NCBI GenBank assembly: GCA_934699095.1
Contig: CAKUVI010000006.1
Coordinates: 56,461-120,460 of the forward strand
DNA from: an uncultured Bacteroidales bacterium
GTDB lineage: Bacteria > Bacteroidota > Bacteroidia > Bacteroidales > WCHB1-69
Direction of reading: 5' to 3'
DNA: 64,000 bases
Positions 9,597 through 18,433 of this stretch are shown in pieces. The stretch's first letter is position 1, and each line of letters starts with the position of its first letter. A program made the position numbers and the translations under genes. The notes under the pieces are model-generated. The model was given only the letters and a program-made list of their open reading frames with translations, searched no databases and was not told the origin of the DNA.

Positions 9597-10271
9597 ATGA
9601 GAGACGAATTCAGGAACTATGCGCTCAAACAACACGGCATCAGCAGTCTGAAAATGGACCGCTACGTGTCTATGACCCGCAACTATATAACCCCTTACAT
9701 CATAGAGGAACGCCCAATGAACATCACCCAACTCGACGTGTTCTCACGTCTGATGAAGGACAGGATCATATTCATGGGTGTGCCGATAGACGATGACGTG
9801 GCAAACATCATACAAGCCCAATTGCTTTTCCTTGAATCACAGGATTCAGAGCGTGACATCCAGATCTACGTCAACAGTCCTGGCGGTGTTGTTTATGCCG
9901 GTCTCGGTATTTATGACACAATGCAGTACATCAAGCCCGATGTTTCCACCATCTGCACTGGTATGGCCGCTTCTATGGCGGCGGTGCTCATGTGCGCCGG
10001 CACAAAAGGCAAACGCTATGCGCTTCCGCACTCACGCGTCATGATCCACCAACCTATGGGCGGTGCCCAGGGACAGGCATCCGATATTGAAATCGAAGCC
10101 AAGGAGATACAGAAAATCAAGAAGGAACTCTACGAGATCATAGCTTTCCATACAGGCAAAGACTATGACCAGGTTTGGAAAGACAGTGACCGCGATTACT
10201 GGATGACTGCAACTGAGGCTAAGGAATATGGTATGATCGACCAAGTCCTCAATCGTGAGATGAACAAATAA
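9597..10271 (+). CDS. clpP: ATP-dependent Clp protease proteolytic subunit ClpP
   Basis: 224 aa with active-site contexts [10 protein letters not shown] (Ser) and RVMIHQP (His). Confidence 0.95.
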   Translation: MRDEFRNYALKQHGISSLKMDRYVSMTRNYITPYIIEERPMNITQLDVFSRLMKDRIIFMGVPIDDDVANIIQAQLLFLESQDSERDIQIYVNSPGGVVYAGLGIYDTMQYIKPDVSTICTGMAASMAAVLMCAGTKGKRYALPHSRVMIHQPMGGAQGQASDIEIEAKEIQKIKKELYEIIAFHTGKDYDQVWKDSDRDYWMTATEAKEYGMIDQVLNREMNK

Positions 10272-11509
10272 TGGCGAAAAAAAATAGTACAGACAGAGTC
10301 TGCAGTTTCTGCGGACGCGAGATACCCGTTGGCAAATATATTGTCGGCGGGTATAATGCTATGATATGCGAGGATTGTATCACCATAGCCAACGACCTTT
10401 TAAAAGAATATGATGCCGAGACAAAGAGAAAGTCTCAGAAGGAATTCAAGGTCAAGCTCCTGAAGCCGAAGGAGATAAAGGCGCGTCTCGATGACTATGT
10501 CATCGGTCAGGAGGAGGCTAAAAAGGTGCTTTCCGTGGCTGTGTATAATCATTATAAGCGTCTGCTCCAAGGTGACGAAAAGGCAGAAGAAGTTGAAATA
10601 GAGAAGTCGAATGTGCTTCTGATAGGCGAGACGGGAACAGGTAAGACATTGTTGGCCAAGACTATAGCCAATCTTCTTGATGTGCCCTTCTGTATAGCTG
10701 ACGCCACGGTGTTCACACAGGCCGGATATGTCGGAGAGGATGTGGAAAGCATTCTCACACGCCTGTTGCAGGCAGCCGACTATGACGTTGCCCGTGCCGA
10801 GCGAGGAATTGTTTTCATCGACGAGATTGACAAGATTGCGCGCAAGGGCTCTGAGAACCCATCCATCACCCGCGATGTTTCCGGTGAGGGCGTGCAACAG
10901 TCGTTGCTCAAACTGCTCGAAGGGTCCATGGTGAATGTCCCTCCGCAAGGCGGTAGAAAACATCCTGAACAGGAGTTCATACAGGTGAACACTAAAAACA
11001 TCCTGTTTATCGGCAGCGGCGCATTCAACAATCTCTCAAACATAATCTGTGAGCGCATGAATACGCACGCTGTGGGCTTTAACACCAAAAATGTGAATTT
11101 CAACCCACAGGAAGCCTTGAAATATGTCAGTGCACAGGACGTTAAGACCTTCGGGTTGATACCTGAACTCTGCGGCCGCTTCCCGGTCATCACCTCGCTG
11201 CAGTCACTCGACCGCGACGCACTTAAGAAGATTCTGGTTGAGCCAAAAAATGCTCTCCTTCGCCAATATCAACTGCTTTTCAAAATGGATAAGATCAACC
11301 TCACATTCACAGACGACTGTATCGACTACATCGTTGACAAGGCTGTGGAGTTGCAGCTCGGGGCGCGTGGCCTTCGCGCAATCGTGGAGAAGATAATGAC
11401 CGATGCCATGTTCGAGTTTCCGAGTGACAACAGGAAGAAAATCGCGGTTGACAAGAAATATGCTCAGGAACATTTCGAGGATACATTTTTTTCTTTTAAA
11501 GACAAATAG
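10271..11509 (+). CDS. clpX: ATP-dependent Clp protease ATP-binding subunit ClpX
   Basis: 412 aa with an N-terminal C4 zinc finger (CSFCGR...CEDC) and Walker A GETGTGKT. Its ATG overlaps the clpP stop. Confidence 0.95.
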   Translation: MAKKNSTDRVCSFCGREIPVGKYIVGGYNAMICEDCITIANDLLKEYDAETKRKSQKEFKVKLLKPKEIKARLDDYVIGQEEAKKVLSVAVYNHYKRLLQGDEKAEEVEIEKSNVLLIGETGTGKTLLAKTIANLLDVPFCIADATVFTQAGYVGEDVESILTRLLQAADYDVARAERGIVFIDEIDKIARKGSENPSITRDVSGEGVQQSLLKLLEGSMVNVPPQGGRKHPEQEFIQVNTKNILFIGSGAFNNLSNIICERMNTHAVGFNTKNVNFNPQEALKYVSAQDVKTFGLIPELCGRFPVITSLQSLDRDALKKILVEPKNALLRQYQLLFKMDKINLTFTDDCIDYIVDKAVELQLGARGLRAIVEKIMTDAMFEFPSDNRKKIAVDKKYAQEHFEDTFFSFKDK

Positions 11510-11514
11510 ACAAA

Positions 11515-12006
11515 ATGGAAGAGAAGAAATACGTACGTCCTTCGTGGGATGAATATTTTATGGAAATAGCCGAGACTGTGAGCAAACGCGCCACTTGCGA
11601 CCGCGGTAGGAGCGGCTGTGTGGTGGTTCGCGACAGACAGATACTTGTCACAGGCTATGTGGGCGCCCCTAAAGGCCTGCCGCACTGCGATGAGGTCGGG
11701 CATCAGCTTAAACAGATGATCCATGAGGACGGTCATGTGACGCAGCACTGCGTGAGAACAGTTCACGCCGAACAAAACGCGATCTGCCAGGCAGCCAAGC
11801 TCGGCATCTCGCTAAACGGCGCCACGCTCTACTGCAGAATGACCCCTTGCCGCACCTGCGCTATGCTTATCATAAATTGCGGCATCGTGCGAGTTGTGTG
11901 CGGAAGCAAATACCACGCCGGAGCAGAATCTGAACAGATGTTCAAAGACGCCGGCGTCAAATTGGAATTCTTCTCCGACCAAGTTGTAAAATACGAAAAC
12001 CAATAA
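11515..12006 (+). CDS. dCMP (deoxycytidylate) deaminase, ComEB-type
   Basis: 163 aa with the zinc-binding motifs HAEQNA and PCRTCA. Confidence 0.85.
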   Translation: MEEKKYVRPSWDEYFMEIAETVSKRATCDRGRSGCVVVRDRQILVTGYVGAPKGLPHCDEVGHQLKQMIHEDGHVTQHCVRTVHAEQNAICQAAKLGISLNGATLYCRMTPCRTCAMLIINCGIVRVVCGSKYHAGAESEQMFKDAGVKLEFFSDQVVKYENQ

Positions 12007-12008
12007 CT

Positions 12009-12785
12009 ATGTCAACATTTCTTTGGGAATCAATAGCTTTCGGCCCGATCCACAGTCGCAGGCTCGGGAGTTCTTTGGGCATTAACCTTATGCCTACAGA
12101 CGAGAAAATATGCACCTTCAACTGCCTTTATTGTGAATGCGGCTGGACATTGGAGAAAAACCTCAACGCCCGTTCCCCTTATCCGCTGGATGAAGTGCTT
12201 GCGGCCATAGAACACAAACTGTCAGACTGCTGCAAAAACGGGACACCAGTTGACAGCATCACTTTTTCAGGCAACGGAGAACCGACTCTCTACCCGTATT
12301 TCGACAAGGTGATAGAGAATCTGCTCGCACTGCGCGACAAATATTATCCACAAGCCGTTATCTCCTGCCTCTCTAACGCCACTCAACTCCTGCGTCCGGA
12401 GGTTTGCTCCGCACTTAAGAAAATAGAGAACCCGATTCTTAAACTCGATGCCGGCTCTCAAAAAATGCTCGATATCGTCAATTCTCCCATCGTGCCCGTT
12501 GACATTGAGGCCGTGACCGATCAACTCTGTTCGTTTAATGGGAAATTGGTGATCCAAACCCTTTTCTTTAGCGGTGAGAAGGACGGAATTCCGTTCAACA
12601 ACGCAGAAGGCGAGGAGTTTGAGAGATGGTATGACCGCATCCTCAAAATCAAACCCGAAAGATTGATGATATACTCTTTGGACCGCGAGACGCCAGCCCT
12701 CAACCTCCATAAATTCGACAAGGATTTCCTGAACACTATTGTCGAAAAACTGAAATCAGACGGATTCGACGCGGTGGCCTATTAA
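12009..12785 (+). CDS. Radical SAM protein of unknown function
   Basis: 258 aa with a CX3CX2C cluster (CTFNCLYC) preceded by FGPIHSRRLGSSLGINL, and a GNGEPT motif. Confidence 0.8.
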   Translation: MSTFLWESIAFGPIHSRRLGSSLGINLMPTDEKICTFNCLYCECGWTLEKNLNARSPYPLDEVLAAIEHKLSDCCKNGTPVDSITFSGNGEPTLYPYFDKVIENLLALRDKYYPQAVISCLSNATQLLRPEVCSALKKIENPILKLDAGSQKMLDIVNSPIVPVDIEAVTDQLCSFNGKLVIQTLFFSGEKDGIPFNNAEGEEFERWYDRILKIKPERLMIYSLDRETPALNLHKFDKDFLNTIVEKLKSDGFDAVAY

Positions 12786-12793
12786 AATATAAT

Positions 12794-14215
12794 ATGGTAA
12801 AAAAAGTTTTTTTGACAGGTGCAACCGGATTGATGGGATGGCAGGGGCTTCAGGAACTGCTGAAGTATCCGGACAAGTACCGTGTCGTTGTCCTCGCCAG
12901 AAAAAGCGACAAGAACGTCAAGAAACTCGCTCCCATTTCCGGCAAGATTGACGTGGTGTGGGGCGATTTGCTGAATTACGACGATGTGCTGCGCGGTGTA
13001 TCGGGCGCTGATTACGTGCTCCACCTCGGGGGCTTGGTCTCTCCCGCCGCCGACTATTATCCTGAAAAAACTTTGCACGTGAATGTCAATGCGGCAAAAA
13101 ATGTGGTTAACGCCGTACTTGCCCAGGATAAACCGGAGAACGTGAAGGTTGTCTATATTGGTTCTGTGGCGCAAACTTCCGACAGGCAGGCGCCTGCACA
13201 TTGGGGGAGGATAGGGGATCCGGTGTCTCCCAGCCAGTTCGACTACTACGGCGTCAGCAAAATTGTTGCCGAAAGGATCTTTGCCGACTCTGGCCTGCCT
13301 AAATGGGTCAGCCTGCGTCAGTCTGGTGTGCTCTATCCCAAAATCGTGAAGAACTTCGACCCGATAATGTTCCATGTGCCCCTCAAAGGCTGCTTGGAGT
13401 GGACTACAATCGAGGATTCTGGAAGACTGTTGGAGCACTTGTGCCGCGACGAAGTGCCAGACTCTTTTTGGAACCACTTTTATAACATAAGCAGCGGCCC
13501 GCAGTACAGGATGACTAACTACGAGTTTGAACGCAGGCTTCTCGATGCGGCATACTGTCCGCCGCCAGAAAAAATCTTCAACACCAACTGGTTCGTGCTC
13601 AAGAATTTCCACGGACACTATTTCCTCGATTCTGACAAATTGGACGAAATACTGCATTTCAGAGAGTATTTGTCTCTCGATGAATATTTCAAAAGACTGA
13701 AGCATAGCCTGCCATGGTATTTTAAGCTGGCTAAGATTGTACCGCCTTCGATTATAAAGGCAGTGTTGGGAAGGCTTGCGAACAAAGAGGATAAGGGCAC
13801 TCAGTATTGGATCAAGCATAACATGGAAAAAGAAATAAGGACATATTATGGCAGTGTTGACAGATACAAGGCGATACCCGACTGGGATGAATTTGATCTT
13901 TCGGAATTGCCATCCGCCGACGAGTCTGTTCATGTATCTCATGGTTACGATGAAAGCAAGCCTTTGTCGGAACTGAGTCTGCCGGAACTGCGTTCTGCTG
14001 CAAAGTTCCGTGGAGGTACTCTTGTGTCGGAGTCCTATTCGGGAAACCCGGAGGAGAAATTGTTGTGGCGGTGTCACAGAGGGCATCAGTTTGAGGCAAC
14101 AGTCAAGCTCGTGCTCGAGGGCGGACATTGGTGCCCGGAATGCATCACCCCGGAATATGATGCGGATGATCTTGCAGAACATTCTGAGTTCTTCGCTCAG
14201 ATACACAACAGATAG
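12794..14215 (+). CDS. NAD(P)-dependent epimerase/dehydratase (extended SDR) with a C-terminal extension ending in a zinc-ribbon-like motif
   Basis: 473 aa with the Rossmann motif TGATGLMG, a catalytic YYGVSK (YxxxK), and a C-terminal WRCHRGH...HWCPEC. Confidence 0.8.
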   Translation: MVKKVFLTGATGLMGWQGLQELLKYPDKYRVVVLARKSDKNVKKLAPISGKIDVVWGDLLNYDDVLRGVSGADYVLHLGGLVSPAADYYPEKTLHVNVNAAKNVVNAVLAQDKPENVKVVYIGSVAQTSDRQAPAHWGRIGDPVSPSQFDYYGVSKIVAERIFADSGLPKWVSLRQSGVLYPKIVKNFDPIMFHVPLKGCLEWTTIEDSGRLLEHLCRDEVPDSFWNHFYNISSGPQYRMTNYEFERRLLDAAYCPPPEKIFNTNWFVLKNFHGHYFLDSDKLDEILHFREYLSLDEYFKRLKHSLPWYFKLAKIVPPSIIKAVLGRLANKEDKGTQYWIKHNMEKEIRTYYGSVDRYKAIPDWDEFDLSELPSADESVHVSHGYDESKPLSELSLPELRSAAKFRGGTLVSESYSGNPEEKLLWRCHRGHQFEATVKLVLEGGHWCPECITPEYDADDLAEHSEFFAQIHNR

Positions 14216-14220
14216 ACATT

Positions 14221-15450
14221 ATGGAACAATACGATAAAAACAGAGATATTTCAATTGACGACTTCGATTATGACCTGCCAGAAGAAAGGATAGCTTTTTT
14301 TCCGGCAGAGCGGCGCGACAGCTCCAAGTTGCTGGTATATGACAAGAGCAGTCAGAAGATAACTGATGCCCATTTCAGCTCACTTCCAGACTATCTCGGA
14401 GATGGCGACATCATAGTGTTCAACGACTCAAAGGTTATTCACGCACGACTTCTCGTTCACAACGACACGGGCGCTGCGATAGAGATATTCTGTCTGGAAC
14501 CGCTCCGCCCTTCAGACGACCCTGCCGTTGCATTTTCACTTTCCGGATGTGTGACATGGAAGTGTATGGTCGGAAATGCACGTAAGTGGAAGCGCCCGCT
14601 CACAATCAACGTGCCGGTTAATGGCAAGGAAATTGTTGTCACGGCGGTCAAAGAACAGGCAGAGGAGGGCGTCTTCGAAGTCACATTCTCATGGGAAGAC
14701 ACTTCGGTCTCTTTTGCCGAATGGATTGAGTGTTACGGAAAGATTCCCTTGCCCCCATACATACGCAGGAGCGCCGACGAAAATGATACTGTACGCTACC
14801 AGACTGTCTATGCCAAGTTCGACGGCTCGGTGGCGGCCCCTACAGCAGGCCTGCATTTCACCCCGGAACTCATCTCAAAGTTGAAGGACAATGGGGTTCA
14901 AACCGAATACGTCACACTGCACGTTGGCGCTGGCACCTTCAAGCCTGTTTCTTCCGAAACGATTGGCGGACATTATATGCATGATGAAAAAATCCTGATA
15001 ACCAGGACATTGGTTGTCAACCTCTTGAAAAACACAGATAAGAGGCTGGTTGCTGTTGGTACCACCGTTACCAGATCCTTGGAGTCGTTGTTTATTGTTG
15101 GCGCAAAACTGCATCTGGGGCTGGACAATCCGTTAAGCGTTGGACAATGGGAGTTCTACGATAACCCGAAGTTCGGGAATGTTTCCAAAGAAGAGTCTCT
15201 CAGGGCAATTGTCAACCATCTTGATTCGATAGGTGAGGATGTGCTTCACGCCGAGACCCGCCTGATCATCCTTCCAACTTTCACAAGGCACATTGTTGAC
15301 GGGCTGATTACAAATTTTCACCAGCCGAAAAGCACACTCCTGCTCCTGATTTCGGATTTCGTCGGTGACAAATGGAGAGACATATACAGTCATGCGCTTG
15401 CAAACGGATATAGATTTCTGAGTTATGGCGACGCCAATCTCTATCTGTGA
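14221..15450 (+). CDS. queA: S-adenosylmethionine:tRNA ribosyltransferase-isomerase QueA
   Basis: 409 aa. The N-terminus FDYDLPEERIAFFPAERRDSSKLLV and the C-terminus FHQPKSTLLLL...RFLSYGDA are typical of QueA. Confidence 0.9.
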   Translation: MEQYDKNRDISIDDFDYDLPEERIAFFPAERRDSSKLLVYDKSSQKITDAHFSSLPDYLGDGDIIVFNDSKVIHARLLVHNDTGAAIEIFCLEPLRPSDDPAVAFSLSGCVTWKCMVGNARKWKRPLTINVPVNGKEIVVTAVKEQAEEGVFEVTFSWEDTSVSFAEWIECYGKIPLPPYIRRSADENDTVRYQTVYAKFDGSVAAPTAGLHFTPELISKLKDNGVQTEYVTLHVGAGTFKPVSSETIGGHYMHDEKILITRTLVVNLLKNTDKRLVAVGTTVTRSLESLFIVGAKLHLGLDNPLSVGQWEFYDNPKFGNVSKEESLRAIVNHLDSIGEDVLHAETRLIILPTFTRHIVDGLITNFHQPKSTLLLLISDFVGDKWRDIYSHALANGYRFLSYGDANLYL

Positions 15451-15516
15451 TCCGGCCGCTTTCCATATATACAAAATTTAAAATAAATAAATGTTGCTAT
15501 TTAGCAAAAAAAATGC

Positions 15517-15524
15517 TACTTTTG
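15517..15524 (+). promoter_or_regulatory. -7 promoter box (TACTTTTG) for the PpiD-like gene
   Basis: Fits TAnnTTTG, is preceded by an A-run, and lies ~48 nt upstream of the ATG at 15572. Confidence 0.55.
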
Positions 15525-15571
15525 CACGCTTTTTTTGAATAATAAAAATAACTAAATAAATATCATAATCT

Positions 15572-17734
15572 ATGGCAGCAATAGGCTCAATTCGTAAGCA
15601 CGGTGTGCTTTTAATGGTGATTATAGGTCTTGCCCTTTTAGCGTTTATATTGGGAGACCTTTCCAACGTTACGAGAACTTTTTCCAACAAGAACACAATG
15701 GCCAAAATCGATGGTAAGAAGTTGGATCAGGTTTACAGCAAGCAATATGAGGAGAACACCGCCCTCATGAAACTGTTGCAAAACAAAAGTTCTTTTGAAG
15801 ACAATGAGACTTATCAAATTCATGAGATGACATGGCAGCAGCTTCTCCAAGACCAGACAATTGACAAGCAACTGGAGAAATTGGGTATGTCATACAGCCC
15901 TCAAATGATCGAGGATTTCAATGAAAACCTCAAGGCATCTCTGAGCACAAAACAACCTAACCAGTTCATCGCTCAGTTCGCACAGGCACTTGCCCAGAAC
16001 TATGGTCCTGAGAATGCGATGGCCATCATTTCAAATATCGACAATTATGCCAATCAGGAAGGCGCTCAGGATATCTACAACGCCTATCAGGCTCTGTTAC
16101 GGTTCGCCCTCAGCGCAGAAAAATCCCAGAAATATTTCGCTCTGGCACAAAATTCTGTGAACTTCTCCGACAATTTGGCAAAAAAACTCGGGCAGGACAA
16201 CACAATGGTGATGGCATCCGTGATGACAGTAAATCCTGAGCTCGCAGCATTCCAGAACCTGAAGGTTGATGTTCCCGAAAGCGAAATCAAAGAGTTCTAC
16301 AAAAACCACAAAGCAGAGATGTTTGACCTCAAAGAGAGCAACCGCGACATCAATGTTGCTGTGTTCCCTATTAATCCTACTGCTGCTGACCTCAAAGACA
16401 TTGAAGACAGCGTAAGAGCAGACTTCGCTCTTTTCCAACAGTCTTCTTTGGCTGAATTCGCCACTTCCAAGGGCGTGGGATTTGTTGACAGTACCTATTA
16501 CAAGGAATCAGACATCACTCTTCCCGAACTTGACAGCCTCATCTTCAAGACAGCTGTCGGAAGCTTCATAGAACCTTTCTCATACGAGAATGTGAAATGG
16601 TATTATGGCAAGGTGTTCGGCTCAGCTCTCCGTCCTGACTCAGTGCTCGTGGCCACCATCGAGCTCCCATTCAAGACAGCCCAATACAAAGAGGCTCCAT
16701 ATTCAAAAAAAGAAGCCCGTCTTTTGGCCGACAGTCTGCGTCAGGTCATCACATCTGGACAGTCTTCAATCTTTGCACTCCAGCCGAACTACCTCTATGG
16801 TCGTGAGCAGGGTGACACAACATTCTGGATTCCTGAACGCGGCACAATGCCGGAACTCTACAATAACCTTCTCACAACACCTGATGGTGGCGTCTATGTT
16901 TACAAAGCTCCAAACGGATACATTGTGTTCCAGGCTTTGAACCGCACTGCCCCAGTTGAAAAACGCCAGTTTGTACTCTACGATCGCGATATCACTGCTT
17001 CCGAGGCAACCGTTAAGAACCTCCGCTCACAAGCCAATGAATTCGCCGCTTCCGTGACAAATAATGAGGAACTTGTGGCTAAAGCCCAAAAACAAGGTAT
17101 TCAAGTTGTGAACGGTGAGCGTGTTACATCAATGGCCGCTAACATAGGTCAACTCCCTTCATGCCGCGACATCGTAAGCTGGTCTTTCGGTGATGACGTT
17201 AAAAAAGACGCCATCTCTGATGTGTTCAATGTTGACAGAATGTATTTTGCCGTTGCTTCTGTTGCGAAGGTAAGAGAGCAGGGCGAACAGAAATACAAGG
17301 ATGTGAAGGATGAAATCAAGACCATCCTCGAACGCAGTGCAAAAGTTGAAAAGGTGGCAGAGCAACTTAACAACGACCTCAAGTCAGGCAATATCCAAAC
17401 TGTCGCCTCTAAATACGGTGTAAGCGTCTCCGACAGCGTTGTGCTGAGTTTTGCAGGCGACTACTACATGAACCGTGGCGTTGACGGAAAGGCCATCGGC
17501 AAAATATTCAACCTCCCTGTAAACAAACCGACAGCAGTGAGCGGCAACAATTTTGCATACGTTGTGAATGTTGTTGAGAACCGTCCGGCACAAAGCACCG
17601 ACAACATAATGCTTCAGAAGAACTACCTGCAGAATGCAGTGCTTGGCAGAGAGCGCAATGAGGGAACTCTTCTCAACTATCTCACATCAAAGGTAAAGGT
17701 TATCGACAACCGCGTCAGATTCTACCAAAAATAA
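15572..17734 (+). CDS. PpiD/SurA-like periplasmic chaperone (membrane-anchored, often annotated as peptidylprolyl isomerase)
   Basis: 720 aa. The N-terminus MAAIGSIRKHGVLLMVIIGLALLAFILGD is the typical PpiD anchor. I could not pick out a clear parvulin motif by eye. Confidence 0.65.
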   Translation: MAAIGSIRKHGVLLMVIIGLALLAFILGDLSNVTRTFSNKNTMAKIDGKKLDQVYSKQYEENTALMKLLQNKSSFEDNETYQIHEMTWQQLLQDQTIDKQLEKLGMSYSPQMIEDFNENLKASLSTKQPNQFIAQFAQALAQNYGPENAMAIISNIDNYANQEGAQDIYNAYQALLRFALSAEKSQKYFALAQNSVNFSDNLAKKLGQDNTMVMASVMTVNPELAAFQNLKVDVPESEIKEFYKNHKAEMFDLKESNRDINVAVFPINPTAADLKDIEDSVRADFALFQQSSLAEFATSKGVGFVDSTYYKESDITLPELDSLIFKTAVGSFIEPFSYENVKWYYGKVFGSALRPDSVLVATIELPFKTAQYKEAPYSKKEARLLADSLRQVITSGQSSIFALQPNYLYGREQGDTTFWIPERGTMPELYNNLLTTPDGGVYVYKAPNGYIVFQALNRTAPVEKRQFVLYDRDITASEATVKNLRSQANEFAASVTNNEELVAKAQKQGIQVVNGERVTSMAANIGQLPSCRDIVSWSFGDDVKKDAISDVFNVDRMYFAVASVAKVREQGEQKYKDVKDEIKTILERSAKVEKVAEQLNNDLKSGNIQTVASKYGVSVSDSVVLSFAGDYYMNRGVDGKAIGKIFNLPVNKPTAVSGNNFAYVVNVVENRPAQSTDNIMLQKNYLQNAVLGRERNEGTLLNYLTSKVKVIDNRVRFYQK

Positions 17735-17766
17735 TCAACAATATACAGAATAGTAATAATACAAGA

Positions 17767-17801
17767 AAAGGATGCACCAAACGATGCATCCTTTCTTTTT
17801 T
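17767..17801 (+). terminator. Rho-independent terminator after the PpiD-like gene
   Basis: The stem aaaggatgca / tgcatccttt (8-nt loop) is followed by cttttttg. Confidence 0.7.
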
Positions 17802-17841
17802 GCCCGATGTGTATGGAGGCAACCGCGGTTACGTCCTTGCC

Positions 17842-17871
17842 GTAGAGACGCGAGCCATGGCACGTCTCTAC
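17842..17871. repeat. Intergenic palindromic element (9-bp perfect stem GTAGAGACG...CGTCTCTAC around a CCATGG-containing loop)
   Basis: gtagagacg cgagccatggca cgtctctac. A second 5-bp inverted repeat, ggcaa...ttgcc, sits at 17815-17841. Confidence 0.6.
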
Positions 17872-18072
17872 AAATATTGTTGCAATTAATCCTACGTTTT
17901 TGTTATACCAATGATTGTACCTAGTGCTTTGAATGATCAATTGTTTAATGTTTACGACTAAATAAATTCCCTTAGGGTTTTTGCCAACATTGTGGTTTTT
18001 GTGTCGTATTTTTGTTGAGTGGAGATAAAAAATATTAATCTGCGAATATTGCCAATAATATAAAAAAAAGAG

Positions 18073-18080
18073 TATATTTG
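18073..18080 (+). promoter_or_regulatory. -7 promoter box (TATATTTG) for the oxidoreductase operon
   Basis: Fits TAnnTTTG and lies ~68 nt upstream of the ATG at 18148. A second candidate box, TATTTTTG, is at 18007-18014. Confidence 0.55.
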
Positions 18081-18147
18081 CAGATTGTTTAGAGAAAGAT
18101 TCAAACAACAAAAAATCAATAAAATAACTAACAAAATTTTAAGAATT

Positions 18148-18378
18148 ATGGCATTTAAAGGAGCTTTAGTTATCGACACTGAGAAGTGTAAAGGTTGTGC
18201 CGTGTGCATAACCGGTTGTCCTCAAGATCCTAAGTGCATAGGCCTTTCAAAGAAGGTGAATGCCAAGGGTTACAACTATTTGGAAATGACAAATCCAGAC
18301 TCATGTATAGGCTGCGCCAGCTGCGCTGTCATCTGTCCAGACGGAGTCATAGAGGTTTATCGCGCCAAGGTTGACTAA
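18148..18378 (+). CDS. 4Fe-4S dicluster ferredoxin-like delta subunit of 2-oxoacid:ferredoxin oxidoreductase (OorD/KorD-like)
   Basis: Two CxxCxxCxxxCP motifs (CKGCAVCITGCP, CIGCASCAVICP). The track ORF starts at 18085. I prefer the ATG at 18148 (MAFKGALV) downstream of the promoter box. Confidence 0.8.
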   Translation: MAFKGALVIDTEKCKGCAVCITGCPQDPKCIGLSKKVNAKGYNYLEMTNPDSCIGCASCAVICPDGVIEVYRAKVD

Positions 18379-18433
18379 TCAAGGGCAAAAGTATTTCGGA
18401 TTATTAACAACAATTAATTAAAACATTATTAAA

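Noticed and set aside
11529-11540. ATACGTACGTCC, a 9/10 match to the ARACGTWCGT core, near the start of the dCMP deaminase gene
   Set aside because: It lies inside coding sequence (codons for KYVRPS) and lacks the flanking A/T symmetry of the three intergenic copies. It is most likely coincidental.
11515-12006. Deoxycytidylate deaminase as a nucleotide-depletion defence gene
   Set aside because: It is the minimal 163-aa ComEB-type dCMP deaminase without the extra kinase or sensor domains of defensive dCTP deaminases. It sits in a conserved housekeeping string after clpX.
12782-14206. 474-aa minus-strand ORF
   Set aside because: It is the codon-aligned mirror of the plus-strand SDR gene, which has clear Rossmann and YxxxK motifs. 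The antisense translation has no recognisable motifs, and it is open only because the sense gene lacks TTA/CTA/TCA codons.
17722-18209. Track ORFs 17722..18111(-) and 17958..18209(-) in the PpiD-like gene/oxidoreductase spacer
   Set aside because: They span a terminator, palindromic repeats and promoter boxes in AT-rich intergenic DNA. Their translations are Ile/Phe/Lys/Asn-rich with no motifs.
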